A program made the translations under genes and the position numbers. A DNA stretch of 64,000 nucleotides, taken from contig CBDCJH010000002.1 in the NCBI GenBank assembly GCA_965217775.1, positions 1,088,001 through 1,152,000 on the forward strand. The letters run 5' to 3'. Shown here piece after piece: positions 31,022 to 40,975 of this stretch; positions within the stretch are counted from its first letter, which is position 1, and every line of letters starts with the position of its first letter. Below the pieces are notes generated by a model, which made no database searches, had not been told where the DNA came from, and saw nothing but the letters and a program-made list of their open reading frames with translations. This DNA comes from Acidobacteriota bacterium (GTDB lineage Bacteria > Acidobacteriota > UBA6911 > RPQK01 > JAJDTT01).

Positions 31022-32731
31022 ATGGACGCATTGAAGTGTGATCTTCTGATCGTGGGCGGCGGGGCAGCCGGGCTGCGGGCCGCGGTGGCGGCGGTCGAGG
31101 TTCAGCCGGACCTGGACATCGTCGTGGTCTCCAAGGTCTATCCCATGCGCAGCCACACGGTGTCGGCCGAGGGCGGCACGGCGGCCGTGCTGCGGGAATA
31201 CGACAGCCTGGATCTGCACTGCTTCGATACCATCCGTGGAAGTGACTACCTGGCGGACCAGGACGCCGTCGAGCTGTTCGTCGACACGGCTCCCGACGAA
31301 GTTCTGCAACTGGAGCACTGGGGATGTCCGTGGAGCCGGGACCGGGACGGCCGTATCAGCGTTCGGGCCTTCGGCGGCATGAGCGTCAAGCGAACCGTCT
31401 TCGCCTCGGACAAGACCGGCTTCCATATGCTCCACAGCCTCTTCCAGCACTCGCTCCGGTATGCCAGGATCCGCCGCTATGACGAGTGGTTCGTCACCTC
31501 TCTCCTGGTGGACGACGGCAAGTGCGTGGGAGTGACCGGCCTGGATCTGGCCACCGGACGGATTCAACCGATCCTGGCCAAGTCGGTGATGCTCTGTACG
31601 GGCGGAGGCGGCCGGATCTTCCCCTTCACCACCAACGGCAACATCAAGACCGGGGACGGGATGGCCATGGCCTACCGGGCCGGGGCGCCGTTGAAGGACA
31701 TGGAGTTCGTCCAGTACCATCCCACCGGCCTGCCCGGGACCGGAATCCTGATCACGGAGGCCTCCCGGGGCGAAGGCGGGTATCTTTTCAACCGCGAGGG
31801 CGAGAGGTTCCTGGAGCGCTATATCCCCGGCAAGATGGAACTGGGACCCAGGGACATCCTCTCCCGCGCCATCATTTCCGAACGTCAGGCGGGCCGGACC
31901 TTCGAAGGCCGGCATGGAGAGTATGTCCATCTCGATCTCACGCATCTGGGTGAGAAGGTCATCAACGAGAAGCTTCCCTTCGTCCGGGAGTTGGCGTCCA
32001 AGTACGTCGGGATCGACCCGGTGCAGCAACCGATTCCGGTCCGCCCCGTGGTGCACTACATGATGGGAGGCGTGAGTACCGCAAACGACGGGAGCACTCC
32101 CTTGGAGGGTCTCTACGCGGCCGGAGAAGTCGCCTGCGTGACCATCAACGGCGCCAATCGTCTGGGGTCAAATTCCCTGACCGAATGCCTGGTCTTCGGC
32201 GGTTTCGCCGGCGAGGCGGCCGCCCGCCACGCCGTCGCCAGCGAGCTGGTCGATCCGAGCCGGATCCGGGCGGCGGCGCGCAGGGAAGAGGAGCGGATCG
32301 AGCAGGGCTTTCTCCACCGCGAAGACGGGACCGAGCGCATCAGTGGTCTCCGGGGCGAGATGCAGTCCGCCATGGAAAAGGGATGCGGTGTCTATCGGAC
32401 CCGGGACAGCCTGCTGGAGACCTGTTCGGAGCTGGCGGAGCTGAGAGAACGATTCGCCAACCTGCGCATCGACGACCGCGGAAGAGTCTTCAACACCGAT
32501 CTGGTAGCGGCTCTGGAACTGGACTTCATGCTGGACGTGGCCCGCTGCATCGCCGGCGCCGCTCTGACCCGCGAGGAGTCTCGCGGGGCTCAGGCCCGGG
32601 TCGACTTTCCCGAGCGCGACGACGAACGGTTCCTGCATCACCAACTGTCCCTCTATTCGGAGGAGGGCCCACGGTTGGAGACCCAGCCGGTGACCATCAC
32701 CCGCTGGGCTCCCGAGGAGCGGAAATATTGA
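31022..32731 (+). CDS. frdA: fumarate reductase/succinate dehydrogenase flavoprotein
   Basis: GGGAAG FAD site, [16 protein letters not shown] (covalent FAD His), [31 protein letters not shown]. Confidence 0.92.
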   Translation: MDALKCDLLIVGGGAAGLRAAVAAVEVQPDLDIVVVSKVYPMRSHTVSAEGGTAAVLREYDSLDLHCFDTIRGSDYLADQDAVELFVDTAPDEVLQLEHWGCPWSRDRDGRISVRAFGGMSVKRTVFASDKTGFHMLHSLFQHSLRYARIRRYDEWFVTSLLVDDGKCVGVTGLDLATGRIQPILAKSVMLCTGGGGRIFPFTTNGNIKTGDGMAMAYRAGAPLKDMEFVQYHPTGLPGTGILITEASRGEGGYLFNREGERFLERYIPGKMELGPRDILSRAIISERQAGRTFEGRHGEYVHLDLTHLGEKVINEKLPFVRELASKYVGIDPVQQPIPVRPVVHYMMGGVSTANDGSTPLEGLYAAGEVACVTINGANRLGSNSLTECLVFGGFAGEAAARHAVASELVDPSRIRAAARREEERIEQGFLHREDGTERISGLRGEMQSAMEKGCGVYRTRDSLLETCSELAELRERFANLRIDDRGRVFNTDLVAALELDFMLDVARCIAGAALTREESRGAQARVDFPERDDERFLHHQLSLYSEEGPRLETQPVTITRWAPEERKY

Positions 32732-32751
32732 GCCAGGAGCGAGATTCCGGC

Positions 32752-33489
32752 ATGAAGACCATCGACATCACCGTCACCCGGTACGATCCGGAGAACAGTT
32801 CTGCCCCGTACGATCAGACGTACACCATCCCCTTCGACGACGAGATGGTGGTTCTGGACGGCCTCAACTACATCAAGGACCATGTGGACGGCAGCCTGAC
32901 CTATCGCTGGTCCTGCCGAATGGGGGTCTGCGGGAGCTGCGGCATGATGGTCAACGGAGTGCCCGTACTGACCTGTGCAGTCTTCCTGAAGGACTATCCG
33001 CAGGGCGTGCGCGTGGGTCCGCTGGACCATTTCCCGGTGGTCCGGGATCTGGTCATCGAGATGGATGACTTCATGGACAAGCTCCGGGCGGTGAAGCCCT
33101 GGATGATTCGCGAGCAGGAGAAGCCGGTTCAAGAGGGCGAGTATCTGCAATCCCCCGAGGAGTTGCAGCTCTTTCGACAGTTCAGCATGTGCATCAACTG
33201 CGCCCTCTGCTATGCAGCCTGCCCGGTCTACGCGGCGGACAAGACCTTCATCGGACCCGCCGCCATCGCCTTGGCGCACCGGTATGACATGGACTCCAGG
33301 GAGGAGGGCCAGGACCAGCGGGCCGAGGTCATCGGAAGCCACGAGGGGATCTGGGAATGCTCCTTCGTCGGCGAGTGCTCGGTGGTATGTCCCAAGCATG
33401 TGGATCCCGCGGCGGCGATCCAGCGTTCCAAGGTGCAGTTGACGAAGGACCATATCCTTGGGTTGCTCTGGCCCTGGGGGAAATCGTGA
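32752..33489 (+). CDS. frdB: fumarate reductase iron-sulfur subunit
   Basis: YRWSCRMGVCGSCG, CINCALCYAACP, CSFVGECSVVCPKHVDP. Confidence 0.93.
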   Translation: MKTIDITVTRYDPENSSAPYDQTYTIPFDDEMVVLDGLNYIKDHVDGSLTYRWSCRMGVCGSCGMMVNGVPVLTCAVFLKDYPQGVRVGPLDHFPVVRDLVIEMDDFMDKLRAVKPWMIREQEKPVQEGEYLQSPEELQLFRQFSMCINCALCYAACPVYAADKTFIGPAAIALAHRYDMDSREEGQDQRAEVIGSHEGIWECSFVGECSVVCPKHVDPAAAIQRSKVQLTKDHILGLLWPWGKS

Positions 33490-33890
33490 GCGTCGCTTCG
33501 CCGCAACGTCCGCCTCGCTATCGGCCCCAGCGGTCGGCCCTCTGGTGGCTGAGCAACGGCCGATATTTTCTGTTCATGGTCCGGGAGCTGTCGGCGGTGT
33601 TCGTGGCGCTCTACGCGCTCAGTTATCTGGTGGGCCTGTATCGGCTGTCTCAAGGGAAGGACAGCTATGAGGCTTACCTGGCCATGCTCCAGCATCCGGC
33701 CGTCCTCGTATTCCTGGGAGTGGTCCTGGTCTTCTGCCTGTTGCACACGGTGACCTGGATCCACCTGACCCCCATCGTGATGGTGGTTCGGATGGGGCGG
33801 AAGGTGGTCCCGGCCAAGTTGGTGCTGGCGGCAAACTATCTGGCCTGGATCCTGCTTTCCGGGGTCCTCTGGTACTTGGTGGTGAACTGA
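33486..33890 (+). CDS. frdC: fumarate reductase membrane anchor subunit C
   Basis: WWL...Y..FMVRELSAVF, LLHTVTW, three TM helices. Confidence 0.88.
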   Translation: MSVASPQRPPRYRPQRSALWWLSNGRYFLFMVRELSAVFVALYALSYLVGLYRLSQGKDSYEAYLAMLQHPAVLVFLGVVLVFCLLHTVTWIHLTPIVMVVRMGRKVVPAKLVLAANYLAWILLSGVLWYLVVN

Positions 33891-33891
33891 G

Positions 33892-34245
33892 ATGGGTGTC
33901 CGGCTCAAGACGACCGACCCCATCTGGTGGGCTCTTTTCTCGGCCGGCGGCACGGTGGCGGCCTTCCTGGTCCCGGTCCACATCCTGGTGACCGGCCTGG
34001 GCATCGGCTTGGGCTGGATTCCCCCCGAGACACTCTCCTACGAACGGGTCGGGGAACTCCTGGAGAACCCGCTGGTCCGGCTCTACCTTCTGGTTTTCAT
34101 TTCCTTGCCACTCTTCCACTCCGCTCACCGTCTCCGGCACATCCTGATCGACCTGGGACGCGGAGCCCTCAGGACGCCGATCTCGATCCTCTGCTACGGC
34201 GGCGCCATTGCGGGAACGGCTGCCGCCGTCTGGCTGTTGGTGTAG
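33892..34245 (+). CDS. frdD: fumarate reductase membrane anchor subunit D
   Basis: DPIWWALFSAGGTVAAF, LPLFHSAHRLRH, LCYG. Confidence 0.9.
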   Translation: MGVRLKTTDPIWWALFSAGGTVAAFLVPVHILVTGLGIGLGWIPPETLSYERVGELLENPLVRLYLLVFISLPLFHSAHRLRHILIDLGRGALRTPISILCYGGAIAGTAAAVWLLV

Positions 34246-34490
34246 GAGGGGCGACATCCCTGTCGCCCGTTGGACGGGCGATTTCCAGTCGCCCAGTGGA
34301 GGGGCGACATCCCTGTCGCCCGTTGGAGGGGCGATTTCCAGTCGCCCAGTGGGAGAGGCGACTTTCTTGTCGCCGGCTCTTCGCCGCTACCGAAGATTCG
34401 CGAGACCGGAAAGTATTGAGGGGGAAAGTGTACAGTGGGGACTCCGTCCCCCCTGCCCCCCTGTTCGGCGACAAGAAAGTCGCCGCTCCA
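34245..34490. repeat. tandem REP-like palindromic array
   Basis: Two 53-bp units (34245-34297, 34298-34350), each with GGGCGACATCCCTGTCGCCC and GGGCGATTTCCAGTCGCCC hairpins. Then an inverted pair GGCGACTTTCTTGTCGCCG / CGGCGACAAGAAAGTCGCC. Confidence 0.85.
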
Positions 34491-34573
34491 CGCCGCCGCT
34501 CCTTTCGAAACGAAACCTTATTCGCGAAAAATCCGTCTACTTATCAGAGTGTTTACCAAGTCAGGTGAACGAG

Positions 34574-36094
34574 ATGAGGAAAACCAAATTCGGGGCGGGT
34601 GAAAACATGTATGGAACTGTTCTCGGAGGCACGGGTCCCCTTTGGCGCCGGAAGACGAATTCGAATCCGTGGGAGCGGAATGAGGTCCTGGGAGCGGAGC
34701 CGGCTGGGAAAAGGGGAGAGTACGGTGACGACACCATCTACGCCTACCTGAAGGAGATGGGTTCGATACCTTTGCTTACGGCCCACCGGGAGATCGAGGT
34801 CGCCCGCCAGTTGGCCCGGGGCCGGGAACGGATCTCCTATTTTCTGTACCGTTGCCCCATCGCCGTCGGAGAGCTTCTGGTCTGGGGAAAACGGCTACAG
34901 GTCGGTGAGATGCGGATTCGCGAGATTGCCCGCCTCAATTCCGATGTCACCTCGGGAGTCGAGCCTGTGAAGTGGTTCCGGGCCCAACTGGGGGCCATTG
35001 CCCGTCTGGACGAACAGGCGCGACGGCTCTGGCGTCGATGGCGACAGGTGGTTCAGGATGGAGAGCCCGGCTTCCGGGAACTCCTGGGGTTGGCCCGCGT
35101 CCGTGGCGCGATCGCCGGGCGGATTCGTAAGCTCGGTCTGAAACAGGAAGCATGCGACCGGTTGCTCAAGTCGCTCAAGACCTCACTGGAACCGCTCTTG
35201 GAGCTGCTGAAGAAGAGCGAGAGTCTCCGGCGGAGCCAGGCGGATCCGGACCGGGACCGATACCGGCAGGTCTGCAACGAACTGGAGCAATGGGAGCAAT
35301 CCCGGTGCGTGACCCGGGAGCAGGCGCGCCGAACCTTCGGCCGTATCCGTGACGCACAGCGCCGGGCCGATGACGCCAAACAGGAACTGGTGCAGTCCAA
35401 CCTGCGGTTGGTGGTGTCCGTGGCCAAGAAATACCGGGGGCGCGGGCTGGCCTTCCTGGATCTGATCCAGGAGGGGAACATCGGTCTGATGAAGGCGGTC
35501 GACCGCTTCAATCACCGTCTGGGATTCAAGTTCTCCACTTACGCCCACTGGTGGATCCGGCAGGCGATCCAGCGATCCATCTCCAATAAGGGGAGAACGA
35601 TTCGACTCCCTGTCCACATCTCCGAGGTCGTCTACAAGTCCGTCCGGACGGTTCGCGAGTGGACGCGGATCCATGGACGCAAACCAAGTACGGAAGAACT
35701 CGCCGGAGTCGTGGGACTGCCGGCGGAGCGGGTCCGGAGCATCCTGGATATCGCTCGAAAGCCGGTTTCCCTGGAGGCCCCGATCGGCCGGGACGAGGAG
35801 GGTAAGCTGCAGGACGTCCTCGAGGACTGCAACAGCGAGTCTCCTTCCGAAAAACTGCTGCGTCAGAGCGTGGCGGATGAAACCTCAGGCATCCTCATGA
35901 ATCTGGACTCCCGGGAGGAGCGGGTGCTGCGCCTGAGGTTCGGCGTTGGGGAAGACAGGGAACATACTCTGGAGCAGATTGGCCGCGTTTTCTCCCTGAC
36001 CCGGGAGCGAATCCGGCAGATCGAGGCCATGGCTCTCCGCAAGTTGCGTCGGGCCTATGCCGGCCGTCGCTCAGTCCAGGCTGCAACACGGTAA
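34574..36094 (+). CDS. RpoD/SigA-family sigma-70 factor lacking region 1.1
   Basis: YLKEMGSIPLLT (1.2), SNLRLVVSVAKKY, DLIQEGNIGLMKAVDRF, FSTYAHWWIRQAI, TLEQIG...TRERIRQIE. Start uncertain (34574 or slightly downstream). Confidence 0.9.
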   Translation: MRKTKFGAGENMYGTVLGGTGPLWRRKTNSNPWERNEVLGAEPAGKRGEYGDDTIYAYLKEMGSIPLLTAHREIEVARQLARGRERISYFLYRCPIAVGELLVWGKRLQVGEMRIREIARLNSDVTSGVEPVKWFRAQLGAIARLDEQARRLWRRWRQVVQDGEPGFRELLGLARVRGAIAGRIRKLGLKQEACDRLLKSLKTSLEPLLELLKKSESLRRSQADPDRDRYRQVCNELEQWEQSRCVTREQARRTFGRIRDAQRRADDAKQELVQSNLRLVVSVAKKYRGRGLAFLDLIQEGNIGLMKAVDRFNHRLGFKFSTYAHWWIRQAIQRSISNKGRTIRLPVHISEVVYKSVRTVREWTRIHGRKPSTEELAGVVGLPAERVRSILDIARKPVSLEAPIGRDEEGKLQDVLEDCNSESPSEKLLRQSVADETSGILMNLDSREERVLRLRFGVGEDREHTLEQIGRVFSLTRERIRQIEAMALRKLRRAYAGRRSVQAATR

Positions 36095-36119
36095 GTCCTG
36101 CGGCAACCGTCCGGCGACG

Positions 36120-38510
36120 CTACTCGATGGTCACGAGGATGGGCCGGGAGGCGTAGTCGACCGACTCTTCCAGGATTCCCAGGCCCCTCATCTTTTCGGT
36201 TCGCTCGCTGCGGTGCCGCGTGACGACGTAGATGGGGACGGTCATTGGCTCCAGCGATTCTTCCGCCAGAATGTTCAAGGTGCGGGAGTGTTCCCCCTTG
36301 CTGATGACCAGACCCGCATTGGTGGACCGCCCGTCTACGAACAGCCCGGGCGGGCGATTCTTCACTTCGATGCCCACCTCGTGGGCGAAATCCTTGGGAC
36401 AGTCGATTCGGACATGGAGGCGGCCCTGGGTTCCACGCCGCAGGACCAGATGCTCCGGTTCCACCAGGGGCCGGATGGTGGCGGGTGGGACCAGGGAGAC
36501 CAGGTTCAGCCCGCTGTCCGGGTCCACCGCGGGATGGATTCTTTCCACGCCGCCGATGCTGGCCCGCCCTTGGATCTTGAGCTTGTGATCGGGCGGTACC
36601 GGATGGGCTGAAGAGTCCGCGGTGAAGATCAGGGTCGTCTGAAATTCGTCCCGGCGAATGGTCCCCGGCACGGCGCGGATGCCGGGCGGCAGATCCAGGG
36701 CTTCGATCCGGATTTCGTCCCGGAAGCCGTCGATCCGCAGGGCGGACACCACCAGGGGAACGCTCCCACCCAGAGGGACGTTGGGGCTCCTGGCTCCCGC
36801 TCCCCGCAGGTCCCGCTGTTGCATGAAGCCGTCGTCCAGATAGAGCCGGAAATCGGGACGGGCCGGCCGGACCGTGAGACGGTACGTATGGCGGGGTCCT
36901 CCCGCGCCGTGCAGGTCCCGCAGCCGAACCAGGTATTCTCCGTCCGCCGGGGGGTCGAACAGGAGATACGAGTCCTTGCCGTAGACGGGACCGCCGTCGT
37001 CGTTTCGATAGAAGAGGGTCAGGGTGGACGACCCTCCCGGGGCCGGAGCCCCGGGGGGGAGGATTTCCACCTTTCGGGCGTTGTAGTTCTTGGGGTGGTT
37101 CTGGGGACTGGTGCCCAACCAGGCCAGGCGCTGCCCCAAGAGGCCCTGGGCCAGGGAGAAATCGTCCGAGTGGCGGAGTCCCTCTTCCAGCCGGACCAGT
37201 TCCCGCTCGCTCAGGAGGACGAAATCACCTCCCCGAAACGCCATTCCGCTGGCCACGTCGAACCGCTGCAACTGCAGGGAACGGGAGGCCAGGGGTTCCA
37301 GGTGGCTTCCTTCAAAGACGGTCCTGAGCCGGGCCCGGGGCAGGGAACGCCCTTGGAGGTCCAGGATTTCGATATGCGAATCCAGGGGAGAATCAAGCCG
37401 TTGAGCCGCGACCTCCAAGGCCAGAGGCCGACCGCGGCGTGCCGGAAAGCGGAAGACATCGGCGTCCCGGGTCGAATCGATCCGGCCGTTGACGGTGATC
37501 GGAACGGAGATCGGCTGAGCCGTCTCCGCGGCGTCGTTCTCCTCCCGTTCCAGAGTCTCATCATGGCTTCCCACGGCGATCCGAACCGGGTTCAGGGCCG
37601 GACCCCGGGGCGTCCGGATCGTCAGGTCCCGAAAGCCGTCCTCTCGCGGCGGCCGATCCCCGCGGAGCCGGATATTCGTCTGATCTCCCAGATTGAAGCC
37701 TTCCAGCCGCGCTTCCACCTCTTCGCTTCGACGCCCGCCCGCAGGGAACAGGTGGGTCACATAGGGAACTGCGCCCAAGGTAAGGCGGTAGAAGCGCCGT
37801 GAGCCGCCTCCGCCGGCGAAGTCGGTGACCCGGACCGAGTAGCGGCCCGATCGGGGCAGCCGCAATCCCAGCATGGCGTCGAGATTTCGTGGAGAGGCGT
37901 TGTTGCTGCTGGCCAGGACGCGTCCCTCCGGTCCCATGAGGGTCAGGGCTCCGTCCAGCCGGGAACCGAGGGGGTGGGCCCGGAGTCGGAGCACCAGCTC
38001 CTCGCCCCGGCGCCCTTCCAACTGGAAGTAGTCTTCCTCTCCGGTTTTGGCGATGGCGCCGTTCACCGTCACCGGAAGAGTCACCGGTTGGGCTCCGGCA
38101 AGGGCGCCGTTGCCGTCGGACTCGCGGATCTCGGAGAATTGCCCGACGGCGAAGGGAATCCAATTGCTGGCCCCGTGCCGGGTCTTGACTCGGAATCCGT
38201 AGATTGCGGGAGGCGTTTCCTCGTGGACCTCGACTTCCAGACGCAACCGCTCCAGTGGAGTCTGGAAACGGCCGTTGGGACCGTCCCATCCCTCAAGGAT
38301 GATCGCCGTTATGTTCGAGATATTAAAAATTATATTTTCAGCCTCTTTGAGATGTATTCCCTCCAGAACGACTTGAACTCTGGATCCGGCCTGAGCGCCG
38401 GTTGGGTTGGCCAGATAGACCACCGGCGCGGAAGGATAGTAGGTGGTGGCCAGGCCCCAGGAAAGGGAGCCGACCATGATGAGGATCAAAGTTCCGGGTT
38501 TCGGGCGCAT
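36120..38510 (-). CDS. secreted PPC (pre-peptidase C-terminal) repeat protein of DUF1501 clusters
   Basis: Signal peptide; repeated E.E.ND..AQP...P.TVNG.I....D.F, SPLDS, NDDG, DSYL.F.PPADGEY motifs. Confidence 0.82.
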   Translation of the reverse strand: MRPKPGTLILIMVGSLSWGLATTYYPSAPVVYLANPTGAQAGSRVQVVLEGIHLKEAENIIFNISNITAIILEGWDGPNGRFQTPLERLRLEVEVHEETPPAIYGFRVKTRHGASNWIPFAVGQFSEIRESDGNGALAGAQPVTLPVTVNGAIAKTGEEDYFQLEGRRGEELVLRLRAHPLGSRLDGALTLMGPEGRVLASSNNASPRNLDAMLGLRLPRSGRYSVRVTDFAGGGGSRRFYRLTLGAVPYVTHLFPAGGRRSEEVEARLEGFNLGDQTNIRLRGDRPPREDGFRDLTIRTPRGPALNPVRIAVGSHDETLEREENDAAETAQPISVPITVNGRIDSTRDADVFRFPARRGRPLALEVAAQRLDSPLDSHIEILDLQGRSLPRARLRTVFEGSHLEPLASRSLQLQRFDVASGMAFRGGDFVLLSERELVRLEEGLRHSDDFSLAQGLLGQRLAWLGTSPQNHPKNYNARKVEILPPGAPAPGGSSTLTLFYRNDDGGPVYGKDSYLLFDPPADGEYLVRLRDLHGAGGPRHTYRLTVRPARPDFRLYLDDGFMQQRDLRGAGARSPNVPLGGSVPLVVSALRIDGFRDEIRIEALDLPPGIRAVPGTIRRDEFQTTLIFTADSSAHPVPPDHKLKIQGRASIGGVERIHPAVDPDSGLNLVSLVPPATIRPLVEPEHLVLRRGTQGRLHVRIDCPKDFAHEVGIEVKNRPPGLFVDGRSTNAGLVISKGEHSRTLNILAEESLEPMTVPIYVVTRHRSERTEKMRGLGILEESVDYASRPILVTIE

Positions 38511-40975
38511 CAGTGGTTGAAGAGAAATTCCTTGCTCATCATCAAGCCCGCCCATAAGTCCTCCAGGAGTTCGCGCCGCGCCGGCTCCCGGGACGAGGCC
38601 GAGTCCGCAACCGGACGGAGGAGCTCCAGGATTTCCGCCTCCTCCCCCGGGGAAGGCGGCCGGGAAAGCGAGCTCCAGAAGATATGGCGGATGATCTCCC
38701 GATCCGCGATCCCCTGGTCGAGCATCTGCTGGAGGTTGCCCTCGGGGGAGCGGAGTTTGGCGCTCAGAAACTCCCCGTTGAGCAGGTGCAGGACCTGGGG
38801 AACCGTGGAGCTCCGGACCCGCTCCGAGTAGGCGTTGATCTCTCTGGCGGGACGTCCGAAGAGGGTCAGGGCGTAGGAGCTCACCCGGGAGTCGGGCAGT
38901 TGAAGAGCCCGCACGCCCTCAGGGTGTCCGGCAAAGTTCTCGGGCACTCCGAGAACCTGGGACACCACGTCCAGCAGGACCTCGGCGGGGAGTCTCCGGA
39001 TCAGATAGTGGGAGTGATACTTCCGGTCGTGGCTGTTGCCTTGCGGCCGGGAGCTCCTCTGGTAGGTGGCCGAGTTCATTATGGATCGGATCAGAGACTT
39101 GAGGTCGAATCCGCTCCGCACCAGCTCGCGCCCCAGCGCCTCCAGGAGGCGGGGGTTGGAAGCCGCGTTGGTTTCCCGCATGTCGTCGGCGGGATGGACC
39201 AGGCCTCGCCCCATGAAGTGATGCCAGACGCGGTTCACGACGGCGCGGACGAAGTAGCGATTCTCGCCCGACGTGAGCCATTGGGCGAGAGGCAGCCGCC
39301 GGTCTCGCCCCGGACGGTCGCCGATCGTCTCCACCGACTCCAGAGGACGGGGAGCCAGAGGCCGGCCCAGGCGTGGATGGATCACCTCTCCGCGGCTGGC
39401 GGTGAATATGGTGGTCTCTTTCAATGAGTTGGGATTGTCGGCAAAACCGTAGCCCACGTCGTTCTTGCGGCCGACTCGGGAGAAGAAGCTGGAGAGGTGG
39501 TAGTAGTCGTCCTGGCTCCATTTGTCCAGGGGGTGGTTGTGGCAACGGGCGCAGTTGATGGAGATTCCCATGAAGGTGAGGGTCATGTTCTCCGCCAGCA
39601 CGGTGGGCTCGTCGTGCAGCAGGTAGTAGTTGGCGGCGCCGTTGCTCAGATTGCTTCCGGAAGCGGTGATAATCTCCCTGACGAAGCGGTCCCAGGGCTT
39701 GTTTTCGGCGACCGCCTGTCGAATCCAACCGTGGAAGGTTCGAGTCGCGGCCGGTGTGAGCTTGGAGCTGGAGACCAGGAGCAGGTCGGACCATTTGTAG
39801 GCCCACAGATCCGCGAACTCGGACCGCTCCAGCAACGCGTCCACGAGACGGGTTCGTTTTCGGGGGTCCGGATCGGCCGCGAACCGTCTCGCCTCTTCGC
39901 CGCTGGGCAGGATTCCCGCGGCGTCCAGGTAGGCCCGCCGCAGAAACTCCGAATCGGTGCAGAGATCCGATGGGGGAATCCGCATCTGTTGGAGCTTCTC
40001 CAAGACCGGATCATCAATGAAATTGTGGCGGGCCGCCTTGCGGAAGACCTCCTCCGGCAGCCGTGCCGGAAAGGGAACGGCGATTCTCGCCGAGGCGATC
40101 CGGTCCAAATACCAGACCGACAGGATCGCCTCACCGTGACCCGACGTCTCCACCATTCCATCCTTTCCGACCTTGGCCACGGAGGCATCGCTGCTGGAGT
40201 ACTTGCCCCAGCGGGTGACGTCCTCGGTCCACCCGTCGGAGAAGAAAGCCCGGACCACCAGCCGGTGCCGGTCCCCGGGCCGTAGCGTCGCCCGGGAAGG
40301 GTAGACCTCCAACCGCTCGATCCTGGGATCGTCGGGAGCGGGGCCCGTGGCTCCGCCCGCGATCCAGTCGGCCAGGATTCGATAGTCGAGGGAGTCGGTT
40401 TCCAGCAGCTTCCCTCCGCCGTGGGAGACGGCCAGGGTGGGTTTGAGCAGGATCAGGCTCCGAGATGGCTCCTGGCGGGAGATTCTGCGGCCCCCGGCCT
40501 CCCGGGTCAGAGCCCGATAGTCCTCCTCCGGCGAATAACCTCTCAACGAGAGCTTGAAGAAGTTCTGTCCCGCTCCGGCGCCATGGCAGGCTCCGGAATT
40601 GCACCCCGACTTGGTCATGACCGAGCGGACCTGGTTGCGAAAGTCCCGGAGCGGCGGTTGGCCGGCCGATTCCACCCGGACCCGGACGGACGTATGGGGG
40701 CCGTCGGGCAGCCGGGCGGTGATTCGAGTCTCTCCGTCGCCCACCGCCCGCACCACGCCTCGAGCGTCCACTCGGGCGACGCCGGGAGACGATGAGACGA
40801 AAGTCGCTTGCGGGGTCAGGTCGGTCTCGGAGCCGCGTTGGGGTGTCCACCGGGTCAGGATGAGCCGCTGGGTTGCGTCCTGGCCCTGAAGCGTGATGTC
40901 GGGTGGCAACAATGCCAGTGAACCGGCACCGGAAACCGTGAGGGTGGACGCGGCCAGCAGGAGAGTCGCGATCAT
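38510..40975 (-). CDS. DUF1549/DUF1553 protein with Ig-like and c-type heme-like motifs
   Basis: GCNSGACHG, FKLSLRGY, NFID, EFLRRAYLD..G.LP, CARCHNHP, VNRVW.HFMGRGLV, SKEFLFNH. Start set at ATG 40975. Confidence 0.92.
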   Translation of the reverse strand: MIATLLLAASTLTVSGAGSLALLPPDITLQGQDATQRLILTRWTPQRGSETDLTPQATFVSSSPGVARVDARGVVRAVGDGETRITARLPDGPHTSVRVRVESAGQPPLRDFRNQVRSVMTKSGCNSGACHGAGAGQNFFKLSLRGYSPEEDYRALTREAGGRRISRQEPSRSLILLKPTLAVSHGGGKLLETDSLDYRILADWIAGGATGPAPDDPRIERLEVYPSRATLRPGDRHRLVVRAFFSDGWTEDVTRWGKYSSSDASVAKVGKDGMVETSGHGEAILSVWYLDRIASARIAVPFPARLPEEVFRKAARHNFIDDPVLEKLQQMRIPPSDLCTDSEFLRRAYLDAAGILPSGEEARRFAADPDPRKRTRLVDALLERSEFADLWAYKWSDLLLVSSSKLTPAATRTFHGWIRQAVAENKPWDRFVREIITASGSNLSNGAANYYLLHDEPTVLAENMTLTFMGISINCARCHNHPLDKWSQDDYYHLSSFFSRVGRKNDVGYGFADNPNSLKETTIFTASRGEVIHPRLGRPLAPRPLESVETIGDRPGRDRRLPLAQWLTSGENRYFVRAVVNRVWHHFMGRGLVHPADDMRETNAASNPRLLEALGRELVRSGFDLKSLIRSIMNSATYQRSSRPQGNSHDRKYHSHYLIRRLPAEVLLDVVSQVLGVPENFAGHPEGVRALQLPDSRVSSYALTLFGRPAREINAYSERVRSSTVPQVLHLLNGEFLSAKLRSPEGNLQQMLDQGIADREIIRHIFWSSLSRPPSPGEEAEILELLRPVADSASSREPARRELLEDLWAGLMMSKEFLFNH

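Noticed and set aside
34245-34375. Possible CRISPR array
   Set aside because: Units are adjacent near-identical palindromes without unique spacers, and no cas genes are present.
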